A stretch of 64,000 nucleotides of DNA from an uncultured bacterium (GTDB lineage Bacteria > Hydrothermota > Tepidihabitantia > Tepidihabitantales > Tepidihabitantaceae), in NCBI GenBank assembly GCA_964590395.1, contig CAZPVT010000034.1, forward strand, positions 31,464-95,463, read 5' to 3'. A program made the position numbers and the translations under genes. Positions 36,881 through 46,088 of this stretch are shown here, piece after piece; position 1 is the stretch's first letter, and each line of letters starts with the position of its first letter. The notes beneath the pieces are model-generated. The model searched no databases, had not been told where the DNA came from, and saw nothing but the letters and a program-made list of their open reading frames with translations.

Positions 36881-37589
36881 CGCCGAAGCGGCGTTGTCGC
36901 CGGTTAAAGTCTTCAATTGCGGCAAGTAACTGGGCGCGCCGGAAATCGGGCCAGAGAGTTTCAGTGAAGTAGAGTTCTGCATATGCCAAGTGCCAGAGGA
37001 GGAAGTTGGATATCCGCTTTTCACCGCCGGTGCGGATGAGCAGGTCAACCGGTGGCAGCTCCGGGTCGTAAAGCAGACAAGCGAAGTCTGTTTCGGAATC
37101 GGGCGGGCGGGTCATTTTGTTGGTCCGCCAAAGTTCGAATGCCCTTTTCAGTGCGTCAATTAGTTCTGCCTTGCCGCCGTAATTTAAAGCAAGTGTCAGG
37201 GTTAGACCGGAATTGTCTTTTGTGTCGGCAATCAAGGAGCGTACTTTGTAAAGTACTTCCTTGGGCAGATCGTTTAACCTACCAATCGCCCGTACCCGGA
37301 CGTTGTTTTTAATCAGATCGGCGCGCTGTTGATCAACTCCCCGACGGAGTAGTTTCATCAGGCTACGGATTTCTTTTTCAGGACGCTGCCAATTTTCGGT
37401 GGAGAAGGTGAAAACGGTCAGAAATTTGACACCCAGTTCACCACAAGTCTGGACGACCTCGCGCAAGGCATAGACCCCTTGGTGATGACCAAAAGAACGG
37501 GGTAAACCCCTCTTTTTTGCCCATCGGCCATTGCCATCCATAATTGCGGCAATGTGAACAGGGATTCGCGGAGAGGATTGTTCTACCAA
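36867..37589 (-). CDS. uppS: isoprenyl transferase (undecaprenyl diphosphate synthase)
   Basis: HIAAIMDGNGRWA and RTGGEKRISNFLLWHLAYAELYF motifs. Confidence 0.9.
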   Translation of the reverse strand: MVEQSSPRIPVHIAAIMDGNGRWAKKRGLPRSFGHHQGVYALREVVQTCGELGVKFLTVFTFSTENWQRPEKEIRSLMKLLRRGVDQQRADLIKNNVRVRAIGRLNDLPKEVLYKVRSLIADTKDNSGLTLTLALNYGGKAELIDALKRAFELWRTNKMTRPPDSETDFACLLYDPELPPVDLLIRTGGEKRISNFLLWHLAYAELYFTETLWPDFRRAQLLAAIEDFNRRQRRFGDVEE

Positions 37590-37592
37590 CCG

Positions 37593-38150
37593 TTATCTTT
37601 CCATTATTTCTGTCTCTTTTTTTTCTAAGAGGTTGTCAAGTTTCTTGATAAACTCATCGGTGATCTCTTGGATTTTCTTCTGTCCGAGTTTTGAATCGTC
37701 CTCGGAGATCTTTTTGTCTTTTTCCAGCTTTTTGATCTCTTCAATCATTTCCCTTCGGACGTTGCGCACCGCCACCCGAGCATCTTCGGTTAGCTTGGCG
37801 CATAGTTTCGCCAGTTCTTTGCGTCTTTCTTCGGTGAGCGAAGGGATCGGAATGCGAATGAGATTGGCTTCGACTTTTGGCGTCAATCCCAGCTCAGCTT
37901 TAAGAATCGCCTTTTCAATTTCGGGGATGAGCGTACGGTCCCATGGTTGGACAATCAACTGGCGTGGTTCTGGAACAGCAATACTCGCCACTTGGCGCAG
38001 TGGGGTCGGGTTGTCATAGCAGTTGACCTTGATCCCATCAAGAATTGCCGGATTGGCGCGGGCGGTTCGGATGCGGGCAAATTCCCCAGCCAGCACCTCA
38101 ATTGCTTTATTCATCTTGATTCGGCATTCATTGTAAATCTTTTCTAACAT
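37593..38150 (-). CDS. frr: ribosome recycling factor
   Basis: 185 aa, collinear RRF sequence. Confidence 0.95.
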   Translation of the reverse strand: MLEKIYNECRIKMNKAIEVLAGEFARIRTARANPAILDGIKVNCYDNPTPLRQVASIAVPEPRQLIVQPWDRTLIPEIEKAILKAELGLTPKVEANLIRIPIPSLTEERRKELAKLCAKLTEDARVAVRNVRREMIEEIKKLEKDKKISEDDSKLGQKKIQEITDEFIKKLDNLLEKKETEIMER

Positions 38151-38857
38151 ATCAGACTCCCAGTTTTTTTGCCTCTTACTATATTCAGGATAGCATTGGG
38201 TCGGGTGATGTCAAATACGATGATCGGAATTTGATATTGCTGACACAGGGTAAACGCGGTTAAATCCATCACCCTTAGTTCTTGTTGTATGACCTGTTGG
38301 TAAGTCAGTTTGGGATAAAACTTGGCGTTCAGGTTTTTTTCCGGATCACTGGAGAATACACCGGCAACCCTAGTGCCTTTAAGAATGACATCCATTTTCA
38401 ATTCGATTGCCCGGAGAGCTGCGGTCGAGTCGGTGGAGAAAAATGGATTTCCGGTACCCCCGGAGAGGATAAGAATTTCCTGCTGGTTAAGGGAGTTACG
38501 TGCCTTTTCTATGGAATAGACATCAACAAAATTATCTACCGGGAAGGCGGCGAAATGGTGCACCGCGGCCTGTCGGGAGAGGATGTCGGTTAGATAGATG
38601 CCGTTAATAACTGTGGCTAGCATGCCCGCGCGGTCAGCGTTAGCTGGCTCAATCAGCCGGCTATCTCTACCGCGAATGATATTCCCACCTCCCGATACGA
38701 CCACAATTTGAATTTGGCGCTTGTACAGTTGGATCAGTTGGCTGGCAACAGAATTCAATAAATCTGTTTGAGCGAATACATCGCCGGATATTTTTAAAAG
38801 AAGCCGTTTAAAGGTGTTACTCACCCAGTTTGAACCGGGCGAAACGCCGGATGACAA
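38144..38857 (-). CDS. pyrH: UMP kinase
   Basis: KRLLLKISGDVF start region and amino-acid-kinase fold. The start is uncertain: TTG at 38857 overlaps tsf by 41 nt, and GTG at 38824 is an alternative. Confidence 0.9.
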   Translation of the reverse strand: MSSGVSPGSNWVSNTFKRLLLKISGDVFAQTDLLNSVASQLIQLYKRQIQIVVVSGGGNIIRGRDSRLIEPANADRAGMLATVINGIYLTDILSRQAAVHHFAAFPVDNFVDVYSIEKARNSLNQQEILILSGGTGNPFFSTDSTAALRAIELKMDVILKGTRVAGVFSSDPEKNLNAKFYPKLTYQQVIQQELRVMDLTAFTLCQQYQIPIIVFDITRPNAILNIVRGKKTGSLIC

Positions 38858-39410
38858 TGTTCTCGCCGAACTTGGCGATGTTTTCCTTTAGGTAATCGCC
38901 GACGGTCTTTTCTGGTGCTTTGACAAATTGTTGTTCCAGTAGGCAGACTTCGGCATAAAACTTCTCAATTTTACCAGCGACGATTTTTTCAATAACCGGT
39001 GTAGGTTTGCCAGTCTGAGCTGCCTGTTCGTGGTAAATCCTTTTTTCTCGCTCAATTACTTCCGGTAGGACACCGTTACGGTCAATTGCAATTGGATCGC
39101 AGGCGGCAATATGCATTGCCAAGTCGCGGACAAAGCGTCGGAATTCCTGATTTCGCGCCACGAAGTCAGTTTCTGTGTCTACTTCGATGAGTACACCTAG
39201 TCGTTCGCCCGGATGGATATAGGCATCGACGACTCCAGCAGCGGTGGGTCTTTCGGCTTTTTTTGCTGCTTTTGCGATACCGCGTTTTCGCAGGATTTCT
39301 ATTGCCTGATCAATATCGCCCCTTGCCTCTTCTAGTGCGGTTTTACAATCCATCACTCCTGCGCCGGTGCGCCGCCGGAGTTCAACAACTTTATTCATCG
39401 GTTGGCTCAT
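38817..39410 (-). CDS. tsf: translation elongation factor Ts (short form)
   Basis: N-terminal UBA-like LRRRTGAGVMDCKTALEE and an EF-Ts core. 197 aa. Confidence 0.9.
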   Translation of the reverse strand: MSQPMNKVVELRRRTGAGVMDCKTALEEARGDIDQAIEILRKRGIAKAAKKAERPTAAGVVDAYIHPGERLGVLIEVDTETDFVARNQEFRRFVRDLAMHIAACDPIAIDRNGVLPEVIEREKRIYHEQAAQTGKPTPVIEKIVAGKIEKFYAEVCLLEQQFVKAPEKTVGDYLKENIAKFGENIVIRRFARFKLGE

Positions 39411-39414
39411 ACAG

Positions 39415-40149
39415 TTACCCTTCCTTTTTTAGCCTGGATTCGTCGGTCTCTTCTCCTTCGGTTTCAAACTGTTTTTTTCCTTCCATTACCGAATTAGCAA
39501 TGAAACTGGTCACTAGGCGAATCGAGCGCAGGGCATCGTCATTACCCGGAATTGGGTAATCAATCAATTCCGGGTCGCCGTTCGTATCAATGAGGGCAAT
39601 TACCGGTATTTTCATTCGGCGGGCTTCTACAACAGCGGTTGCTTCCCGTACGGGATCGACGACGTAGATCGCACCGGGTAGACGGTCAAGTTGCTGGAGC
39701 CCGTTGAACAGTTTGGCAAGAGTGCGGTGTTCCCGCTGGAGATGGAGAATTTCTTTTTTCGGGGCACCTAACTGGGTATTTGCCAATAGCCTTTCCACTT
39801 CTGCCAATCGGGCAATTCGTGTTGAGACAACATGAAAATTAGTTAGAAGTCCGCCCACCCAACGTACGGTTACAGAACAGGCACCGCAGCGCTTCGCCTC
39901 TTCTTCAATTATCGGCCGCGCCTGCTGTTTGGTGCCGACAAAGATGATCTCTTTGCCCGATTCAGTGATGGACCGGACGGCGTCGTAGGCACTTAACAGT
40001 CTTTCCAGCGTCTTCTCTAGGTCGATGATAAAGATGCCGTTCCTTTTACCGAAGATGAAAGGTTTCATCTTCGGATTCCAACGCCGAGCATGGTGGCCAA
40101 AATGGAGCCCGGCTTCAAGTAGTTGTTTGATTGTTAACGTTTGGTCCAC
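39415..40149 (-). CDS. rpsB: 30S ribosomal protein S2
   Basis: [19 protein letters not shown] and the collinear S2 sequence. Confidence 0.95.
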   Translation of the reverse strand: MDQTLTIKQLLEAGLHFGHHARRWNPKMKPFIFGKRNGIFIIDLEKTLERLLSAYDAVRSITESGKEIIFVGTKQQARPIIEEEAKRCGACSVTVRWVGGLLTNFHVVSTRIARLAEVERLLANTQLGAPKKEILHLQREHRTLAKLFNGLQQLDRLPGAIYVVDPVREATAVVEARRMKIPVIALIDTNGDPELIDYPIPGNDDALRSIRLVTSFIANSVMEGKKQFETEGEETDESRLKKEG

Positions 40150-40520
40150 TGGAAGCGCTTCCTTCGTTTTGCCAGTCCGTATTTCATTCTTTCCTTTTCC
40201 CGCGGGTCCCGCTTTAGCAGGTCCGCAGCCTTGAGTGTCCCCCTCAAATCGGGGTTGTAGCTAAGCAAGGCGCGGGCAATTCCTAGCGCCACTGCTCCGG
40301 CTTGAGCAGCGAGACCGCCGCCAGCCACAACGATGTTGACGCCAAAATGGGTGATGTTGGTTACCGCAAGTGGTGCAAGGGCATATTTGACTAAGTCCTC
40401 CCGTCCCAAATAGGTTGCCAGCGGTTTGCCATTGATGATGTGCTCACCCTGTCCCGGTATCAGCCACACTTTGGCGGTGGCGGTCTTTCTTGAGCCAGTT
40501 GCAAAAAATTTTGAATTCAT
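40134..40520 (-). CDS. rpsI: 30S ribosomal protein S9
   Basis: 128 aa ending ...[11 protein letters not shown]. Typical S9. Confidence 0.95.
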   Translation of the reverse strand: MNSKFFATGSRKTATAKVWLIPGQGEHIINGKPLATYLGREDLVKYALAPLAVTNITHFGVNIVVAGGGLAAQAGAVALGIARALLSYNPDLRGTLKAADLLKRDPREKERMKYGLAKRRKRFQWTKR

Positions 40521-40521
40521 A

Positions 40522-40956
40522 TTATTTAATTTCTACCGGTATAAGTTTTTGTGCCTGGTGTTTGTGCTCCGCTCCGACATAGATGTGGAGTCGGCGAATG
40601 CGCTTTGCCTGTAGGCGGTTTTTCGGCAGCATCCTTAGGACTGCCAGTTCCAGTGGGCGGGTAGGAAATCTCTCTTTTATCTGCCGATAGGTAATCGCTT
40701 TGAGATGACCGGGTTTAGTATTGATATGCCGGTAATAGATTTTTTCGTCCATTTTGTTTCCCGTAACCCGAATACTGCCTACATTTATTACCACGACATG
40801 GTCGCCGGCATCAACGTGGGGAGTATAAGATGGTCGATGTTTCCCCATTAACAGTCGGGCAATACGGGTTGCCAGTCGTCCCAGTACCTGATTTTGGGCA
40901 TCAACGAGATACCATTCGCCCACAAGATCGTTCTTTTTAGCAACAAATGTTTTCAT
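40522..40956 (-). CDS. rplM: 50S ribosomal protein L13
   Basis: MKTFVAKKNDLVGEWYLVDA is a typical L13 N-terminus. The longer ORF-track start is unlikely. Confidence 0.95.
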   Translation of the reverse strand: MKTFVAKKNDLVGEWYLVDAQNQVLGRLATRIARLLMGKHRPSYTPHVDAGDHVVVINVGSIRVTGNKMDEKIYYRHINTKPGHLKAITYRQIKERFPTRPLELAVLRMLPKNRLQAKRIRRLHIYVGAEHKHQAQKLIPVEIK

Positions 40957-41009
40957 CGTATCTATCTTTATAGCAAAACATTTGCCCGTTGTCAATCTTT
41001 ACCATTAAA

Positions 41010-41480
41010 TCAAAATGGAATATCGTCGAGTTGGTCCTTTGGAATATCCGGCTCCTCGTCGGTCGGAATGTCTGGTTCGGGTTCGACTGAAGCGATATCG
41101 ATTTGTAGATTACGATCAAGGATTTGGATGTTGCGGCTGTGAATTTCAACGAGACTGCGTTTTTCACCGTTAGGAGTTTCCCAGGAACGAGAGCGGAGTT
41201 CTCCCTGGATGAGAACCGCGGACCCCTTTTTGAGTCGTTCCGAGATACGTTCGGCTAATTGCGCCCAGGCGCTGACCGTGAAGTAATATGTTTCTTCTCG
41301 CCAGTCGTTTAAAGTCTGGTCTTTGAATCGACGGTTGACTGCAATCCGAAATGTGCAATGGGGTGTGCCTTTTGGTGTATAGCGAATGTCCGGATCCGCG
41401 ACCAGTCGCCCCATAAGTACGACATTGTTAAGATAAACAATTCTTAGTGAGTTAGAGGGATTCTGTCTTGGTTCACTCAT
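41010..41480 (-). CDS. ssb: single-stranded DNA-binding protein
   Basis: OB fold with an acidic tail ending DDIPF. Confidence 0.9.
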   Translation of the reverse strand: MSEPRQNPSNSLRIVYLNNVVLMGRLVADPDIRYTPKGTPHCTFRIAVNRRFKDQTLNDWREETYYFTVSAWAQLAERISERLKKGSAVLIQGELRSRSWETPNGEKRSLVEIHSRNIQILDRNLQIDIASVEPEPDIPTDEEPDIPKDQLDDIPF

Positions 41481-41811
41481 TTTTTACCCCTGAGGGCGAT
41501 AATTCGCCGGTGGTTTGTGACTGCTTTTTTCCCGGGAGACGAAAAAATGCCAAGCGGATGACTTCCTCTCGATGGAGTAAATCCCGGCGAATCTTCTCAG
41601 GTACGGAACCGTGTGCTTGGAAGTTAATGAACAGATAGGTACCTTCTCGCTGTTTTCGAATCTGATAAGTAAATGCCCGACGTTCGGTTCTGGTTTCAGT
41701 GATGACAGCGCCATAGCTGCTTAACAATTCGGAGATCTCCCGGTTGATTTTTCCCACCGCATCTTCGGTGAGATGGGTATCAAGAATGGCGGCCAGTTCA
41801 TAATTATTCAT
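41473..41811 (-). CDS. rpsF: 30S ribosomal protein S6
   Basis: MNNYELAAILD... is a typical S6. 112 aa. Confidence 0.9.
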   Translation of the reverse strand: MNNYELAAILDTHLTEDAVGKINREISELLSSYGAVITETRTERRAFTYQIRKQREGTYLFINFQAHGSVPEKIRRDLLHREEVIRLAFFRLPGKKQSQTTGELSPSGVKNE

Positions 41812-41823
41812 ATTTCCTCCTTT

Positions 41824-42882
41824 TTAGTTGCTTTTAAATCTGATTAGCAAAACATCGCCATCTTGAACTAAGTAACTTTTTCCTTCAATTTTAACCTTAC
41901 CGGTGGTATGTGCCTGCTGGAAGCTACCGGCGTTTAACAGGTCCTGCCAGTTGACGACTTCGGCTTTGATGAATCCTTTACCGATGTCAGTGTGAATCAT
42001 ATAGGCAGCATCGAGAGTGGTAATGCCACGTGGTGCGGACCAGGCCCGGGTTTCTTCACCTTTTACCGTATAGAAGCGAATTAAATCGAGCGCGTTAAAA
42101 CAGGCGGTAACGATTTCTGTTGGACCAGCAGGAGCGAGGTTTAAACTGAGCCGTAATTCGACCTTCTCCTTTTCCGAAAGGTCGGCTACTGCCTGTTCAA
42201 GTTCAGTGGAGAAGAGTATGGGATGACGGCGGGCAAGTTTTGGAAAGCTACCGGGATCAGCTGGTTGGGAATCTGAACAGTTTAGTCCGTAGATGATCGG
42301 TTTGATCACAAAAAGGGCGAGATCTTTGACCGCGCTGCGTTCTTCAGAAGTAAGGACAGGTGGTACGAAATCTTGGTGTAATTGGGCAGCAAGTTTCTCT
42401 AATGCGGAAACGAGATGACGCTTCTCAGGTGAGTTTGTTTCTTTGAGGACCGAAGACAGCCTTTTTTCTACAATCGTCAAGTCAGCAATTGCCAACTCCG
42501 CTTCGACGATTTCGAGATCGCGATCGGGATCTACTGTATCGAGGACATGCGGTATGTCGGTGGAGGAGAAGTTTCGGATCAAGTGAAGAATCAAATCCGC
42601 AGTGCGGATATGAGTCAGAAACTGGTTGCCCAATCCTTCGCCCATACTCGCACCCTTTATCAGTCCGGCGATATCAATAAAGTCGATATGTGCCGGGGTT
42701 ACCCGTTTGGGTTTAACGGTTTGGGCAATTTTCCATAGGCGCTCATCAGGTACCACGACGACGCCGATGTTCTTATCGATCGTCGTGAACGGAAATAGAT
42801 CAACTCTTGCTTTGGCGCCGGTAAGCAGGTTGAACAGCGAAGTTTTGCCGACATTTGGTAATCCGACGATCCCGATTTTCAT
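41824..42882 (-). CDS. ychF: redox-regulated ATPase YchF
   Basis: GIVGLPNVGKTSLFN P-loop and a C-terminal TGS-like domain. Confidence 0.9.
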   Translation of the reverse strand: MKIGIVGLPNVGKTSLFNLLTGAKARVDLFPFTTIDKNIGVVVVPDERLWKIAQTVKPKRVTPAHIDFIDIAGLIKGASMGEGLGNQFLTHIRTADLILHLIRNFSSTDIPHVLDTVDPDRDLEIVEAELAIADLTIVEKRLSSVLKETNSPEKRHLVSALEKLAAQLHQDFVPPVLTSEERSAVKDLALFVIKPIIYGLNCSDSQPADPGSFPKLARRHPILFSTELEQAVADLSEKEKVELRLSLNLAPAGPTEIVTACFNALDLIRFYTVKGEETRAWSAPRGITTLDAAYMIHTDIGKGFIKAEVVNWQDLLNAGSFQQAHTTGKVKIEGKSYLVQDGDVLLIRFKSN

Positions 42883-43478
42883 TGACGAACCGTCCTTTGC
42901 CGGTTAGGTGTTAGTTGGTGGCCGGCAGTGGCGACTGAACTGTTGTAGCGGTTCATTGCGGCGGTGAACCCCTCAGTAATGACCGTAAGACAGGCATCGG
43001 CAGCCAGGTCAAGGATATTGGGTAGTTGTGTCTCTTCCATTGGTGTCCAGCGGCCAAGTACGTAGTCGGTTGCCGTCGTTGATTCGGGGAAGCCAATACC
43101 GATTCTTAAGCGAGGGAACTCCTCAGTGCCAAGATGGTAAATGATCGACGCTAGGCCCTTATGTCCGCCGGCTGAGCCTTTGGCTCGCAAGCGCAGGGTA
43201 CCAAACGGCAGGGCAAGGTCATCGAGAACTACCAGAAAGTCGTCCGGTTCCTGGATAAGGTGTTCTTTGACAACGATACCAGAGTAGTTCATAAAGAGCA
43301 GCGGTTTGACCAAAATGAGATGTTGTTTTTGGATTTCGGTGCGGGCAACAAATTTGCCTGGTAGATGATGAAACCGAATTCCCAAACGTGTGGCGATTCG
43401 GTCGACAGTAAGAAAACCGACATTATGCCTGGTATAACGATACTGTTCTCCAGGATTGCCCAGTCCGAAGGCGGTCAT
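42879..43478 (-). CDS. pth: peptidyl-tRNA hydrolase
   Basis: GLGNPGEQYRYTRHNVGF N-terminal signature. Confidence 0.9.
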   Translation of the reverse strand: MTAFGLGNPGEQYRYTRHNVGFLTVDRIATRLGIRFHHLPGKFVARTEIQKQHLILVKPLLFMNYSGIVVKEHLIQEPDDFLVVLDDLALPFGTLRLRAKGSAGGHKGLASIIYHLGTEEFPRLRIGIGFPESTTATDYVLGRWTPMEETQLPNILDLAADACLTVITEGFTAAMNRYNSSVATAGHQLTPNRQRTVRQ

Positions 43479-43479
43479 A

Positions 43480-44163
43480 TTATTTTTTCTTTTCCTCCGC
43501 TTCAGATTTGCCTTTTTCTCCTTCAGCGACTTCCTCTTCTTTTTTCTTCTCTTTGATTACCTCCGGCTCGGTGGGGGTCTCGGTTGTGGTAACAGTTTCG
43601 GCTGCGGCTGCGAGTTTGCGTGGGGTCAGGATGGTTACGATCGCCGATTCAGACGGTAAGAGGAATTCGATTTCGGGATATTGGAGATCCGAGATATGGA
43701 TGCTATGTCCCATCCGGAGATGGGTGATATCAATATCGATATGCTCAGGTATTTTGTCAATTGTCGCCCTGACAGGGATTTCGCGCAACAGAAGTTCGAG
43801 CATACCTCCTTCTTTTACACCTATCGCGGTACCGTACAAAATAACCGGAACTCCCATTGTTAGTTTTTCTTGGGCGTGAACCTTTTGGAAGTCAACATGT
43901 AGAAACGACCCGTCGATAGGATTGCGTTGTATGGTTTTTATTACACAGCGCACCTTTTCTTGTCCGTCGATCTGGAGATCAACGATTGGGGCATGGCCCT
44001 TGAGTTCTTTTAATAACTTACCAAATTCTTGGTCGGAAAGGGAAAGTAAGACTGAAGGGTCGCCGTGTCCATACATTACCGCGGGCAAAAGACCAGCCCG
44101 GCGGAGTTTTCTCATCTTTGATTTGCCGGTTTCATTACGGATGGTTGCTTTGATTGTTGCCAT
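43480..44163 (-). CDS. rplY: 50S ribosomal protein L25/Ctc general stress form
   Basis: L25 N-domain, Ctc C-domain and a lysine/glutamate-rich tail. Confidence 0.85.
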   Translation of the reverse strand: MATIKATIRNETGKSKMRKLRRAGLLPAVMYGHGDPSVLLSLSDQEFGKLLKELKGHAPIVDLQIDGQEKVRCVIKTIQRNPIDGSFLHVDFQKVHAQEKLTMGVPVILYGTAIGVKEGGMLELLLREIPVRATIDKIPEHIDIDITHLRMGHSIHISDLQYPEIEFLLPSESAIVTILTPRKLAAAAETVTTTETPTEPEVIKEKKKEEEVAEGEKGKSEAEEKKK

Positions 44164-44172
44164 AATTCTCCT

Positions 44173-45114
44173 TTACTCAATAAACAATGAACTTACTGAT
44201 TCCTCCCGATGGATGCGGAGAATAGCTTCCGCTAACAGGGAGGAGACGGAGAGAACTTTAATTTTGGGATGGCTTTTTTCTTCTGGTTGAAGGACGGTAT
44301 TGGTTATTACTACCTCTTCGAGTGGAGAATCCGCGATGTTTTTTATCGCATCGCCCGAGAACAGTCCGTGGGTGGCAGTGGCGCGGACACTTTTTGCCCC
44401 GGCATTGAGCAACGCCTCAGCGGCTTTGAGCAGTGTGAGACCCGTATCGATCATGTCGTCAAAGATTAGCACCTCTTTTCCCGTGACTTCGCCGACTACC
44501 CGCAGTGCCTCTGCTTTATTGGGGGCAGAGCGTCGTTTATCAACGATGGCAATTGGAGTGTTTTTACCCAGTCGCTGAGCAAAACCGCGGGCGCGGTTAG
44601 CGCGACCGGTGTCCGGAGCGACTACTATCAGATTTTCAAAGTTCTGCCGATAATATTTTACCAGTACGGGAGTTGCATAGAGATGATCAACCGGGATATC
44701 AAAGAACGCCTGAATCTGCTCCGCGTGGAGGTCAATTGTCAGCACCCGGTCAACACCGGCACGAGTAATCAGGTTAGCGATCAATTTTGCCGAAAGGGGG
44801 ACGCGGGGTTGGTCTTTGCGGTCTTGACGGGCATAGCCAAAATAGGGAATGACAGCGGTAATTCGTCGGGCAGAGGCACGGCGGAGGGCATCAATTAACA
44901 GCAGCAATTCTAAGATGTTGTCGGCAGGAGGGGGAGTTGGTTGAACGATAAAGGCATCTTCGCCGCGGACATTTTCGTTAATGCTCAGGCGAATTTCACC
45001 GTCAGCGAAGTTACCTATCTCGGCATCTCCGAGTGGAATACCCAGTTCCCGGCAGATTTTTTCTGCCAGCGGGATATTTGCCCGTCCCGAGAAAATCTTT
45101 AATCGTTTCTCCAT
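44173..45114 (-). CDS. prs: ribose-phosphate pyrophosphokinase
   Basis: MEKRLKIFSGRANIPLAEKI N-terminus and DDMIDTG PRPP motif. Met at 45114 has GGAG 6 nt upstream, while the Met at 45126 has none. Confidence 0.9.
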   Translation of the reverse strand: MEKRLKIFSGRANIPLAEKICRELGIPLGDAEIGNFADGEIRLSINENVRGEDAFIVQPTPPPADNILELLLLIDALRRASARRITAVIPYFGYARQDRKDQPRVPLSAKLIANLITRAGVDRVLTIDLHAEQIQAFFDIPVDHLYATPVLVKYYRQNFENLIVVAPDTGRANRARGFAQRLGKNTPIAIVDKRRSAPNKAEALRVVGEVTGKEVLIFDDMIDTGLTLLKAAEALLNAGAKSVRATATHGLFSGDAIKNIADSPLEEVVITNTVLQPEEKSHPKIKVLSVSSLLAEAILRIHREESVSSLFIE

Positions 45115-45147
45115 CACGGTCTCCATTTAAGTTTATTTGTCATTACC

Positions 45148-45219
45148 CTGGGGCGGAAGGACTCGAACCTTCACGACAGGATCCAAAGTCCTGTGTCCTA
45201 CCAGTTAGACAACGCCCCA
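45148..45219 (-). tRNA. tRNA-Gln (anticodon UUG)
   Basis: A hand-folded 72-nt cloverleaf: TGGGGCG TT GTCT AACTGGTA GGAC A CAGGA CTTTGGA TCCTG TCGT GAAGG TTCGAGT CCTTC CGCCCCA G. It has the U1-A72 pair and G73 typical of bacterial tRNA-Gln. CCA is not encoded. Confidence 0.85.
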
Positions 45220-45227
45220 AACTTTGC

Positions 45228-46088
45228 TCAGGCGTCAGACGGTCTTGACCGGGTTAGTATCCAAGGGAGTCCAGAGTTAGTCAACTCGGCCATCGGGTCA
45301 GGTGCACTAAGCAAACCGTAGACCGTACTGCCGGAACCAGACAGACTGGCAACGATAGCACCATTTGCCAACAGCAGGTTTTTTACCTGCGCTAGGTGTG
45401 GGTATTTACTGAATACAATCGTTTCGAAACTATTATACACCTGTTCTGCCAGCCCGGCCAGTTCGTTACGCCTCAACTTATAACATAATATTTTAGGAGA
45501 AATAAGCGGCGATGTCAATTTTTCCCTTATGCGGTCTAATTGGTTATAAGCCCAGGCGGTAGAGATAGAAAATCCCGGATAGTGGAGTATAAGATCAAGA
45601 CGGGGCAGGCGGACAGGTCGCAATTTTTCCCCGCGTCCCCGGGCAACGCAAGGAACGCTCAGAAGAAAAAATGGCACATCACTTCCCAACTGCATTGCCA
45701 GTTTTTTCAGCCCGGTATAGTTGAGTGGTGAGCCAAAGAGTCGATTCAAACCTATAAGGACCGTTGCGGCGTTGGATGAGCCTCCGCCCAGTCCGGCACC
45801 AACCGGAATGTTTTTCTTAATTGTGATCAAACAGCCGGATTGAATTTTCGTTTCTTGAAAGAACAGTTCAGCCGCCCGATAGGCAAGATTGTGTTTTTGG
45901 GGCAGATCGAGGTTGATCCCTGAAGTTTTTACTTTGACACCCATTTTCTCTTTCCGGATATAGATGAGATCGTGCAGTTCCAGTGGAACGAGGGTCGTTA
46001 TGATCTCGTGGTAGCCGTCCAGTCTACTTCTACCGACCCAGAGACCGAGATTGATTTTTGCCGGTGCTGATAGTGAGATGCGGTCCAT
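45228..46088 (-). CDS. ispE: 4-diphosphocytidyl-2-C-methyl-D-erythritol kinase
   Basis: GHMP kinase motif PVGAGLGGGSSNAA and N-terminal APAKINLGL. Confidence 0.85.
   Translation of the reverse strand: MDRISLSAPAKINLGLWVGRSRLDGYHEIITTLVPLELHDLIYIRKEKMGVKVKTSGINLDLPQKHNLAYRAAELFFQETKIQSGCLITIKKNIPVGAGLGGGSSNAATVLIGLNRLFGSPLNYTGLKKLAMQLGSDVPFFLLSVPCVARGRGEKLRPVRLPRLDLILHYPGFSISTAWAYNQLDRIREKLTSPLISPKILCYKLRRNELAGLAEQVYNSFETIVFSKYPHLAQVKNLLLANGAIVASLSGSGSTVYGLLSAPDPMAELTNSGLPWILTRSRPSDA

Noticed and set aside
40957-41009. Missing rpsR (and rplI) after rpsF-ssb.
   Set aside because: Only 54 nt separate ssb from rplM, so rpsR is simply encoded elsewhere. This is an ordinary gene-order difference, not a feature of this window.
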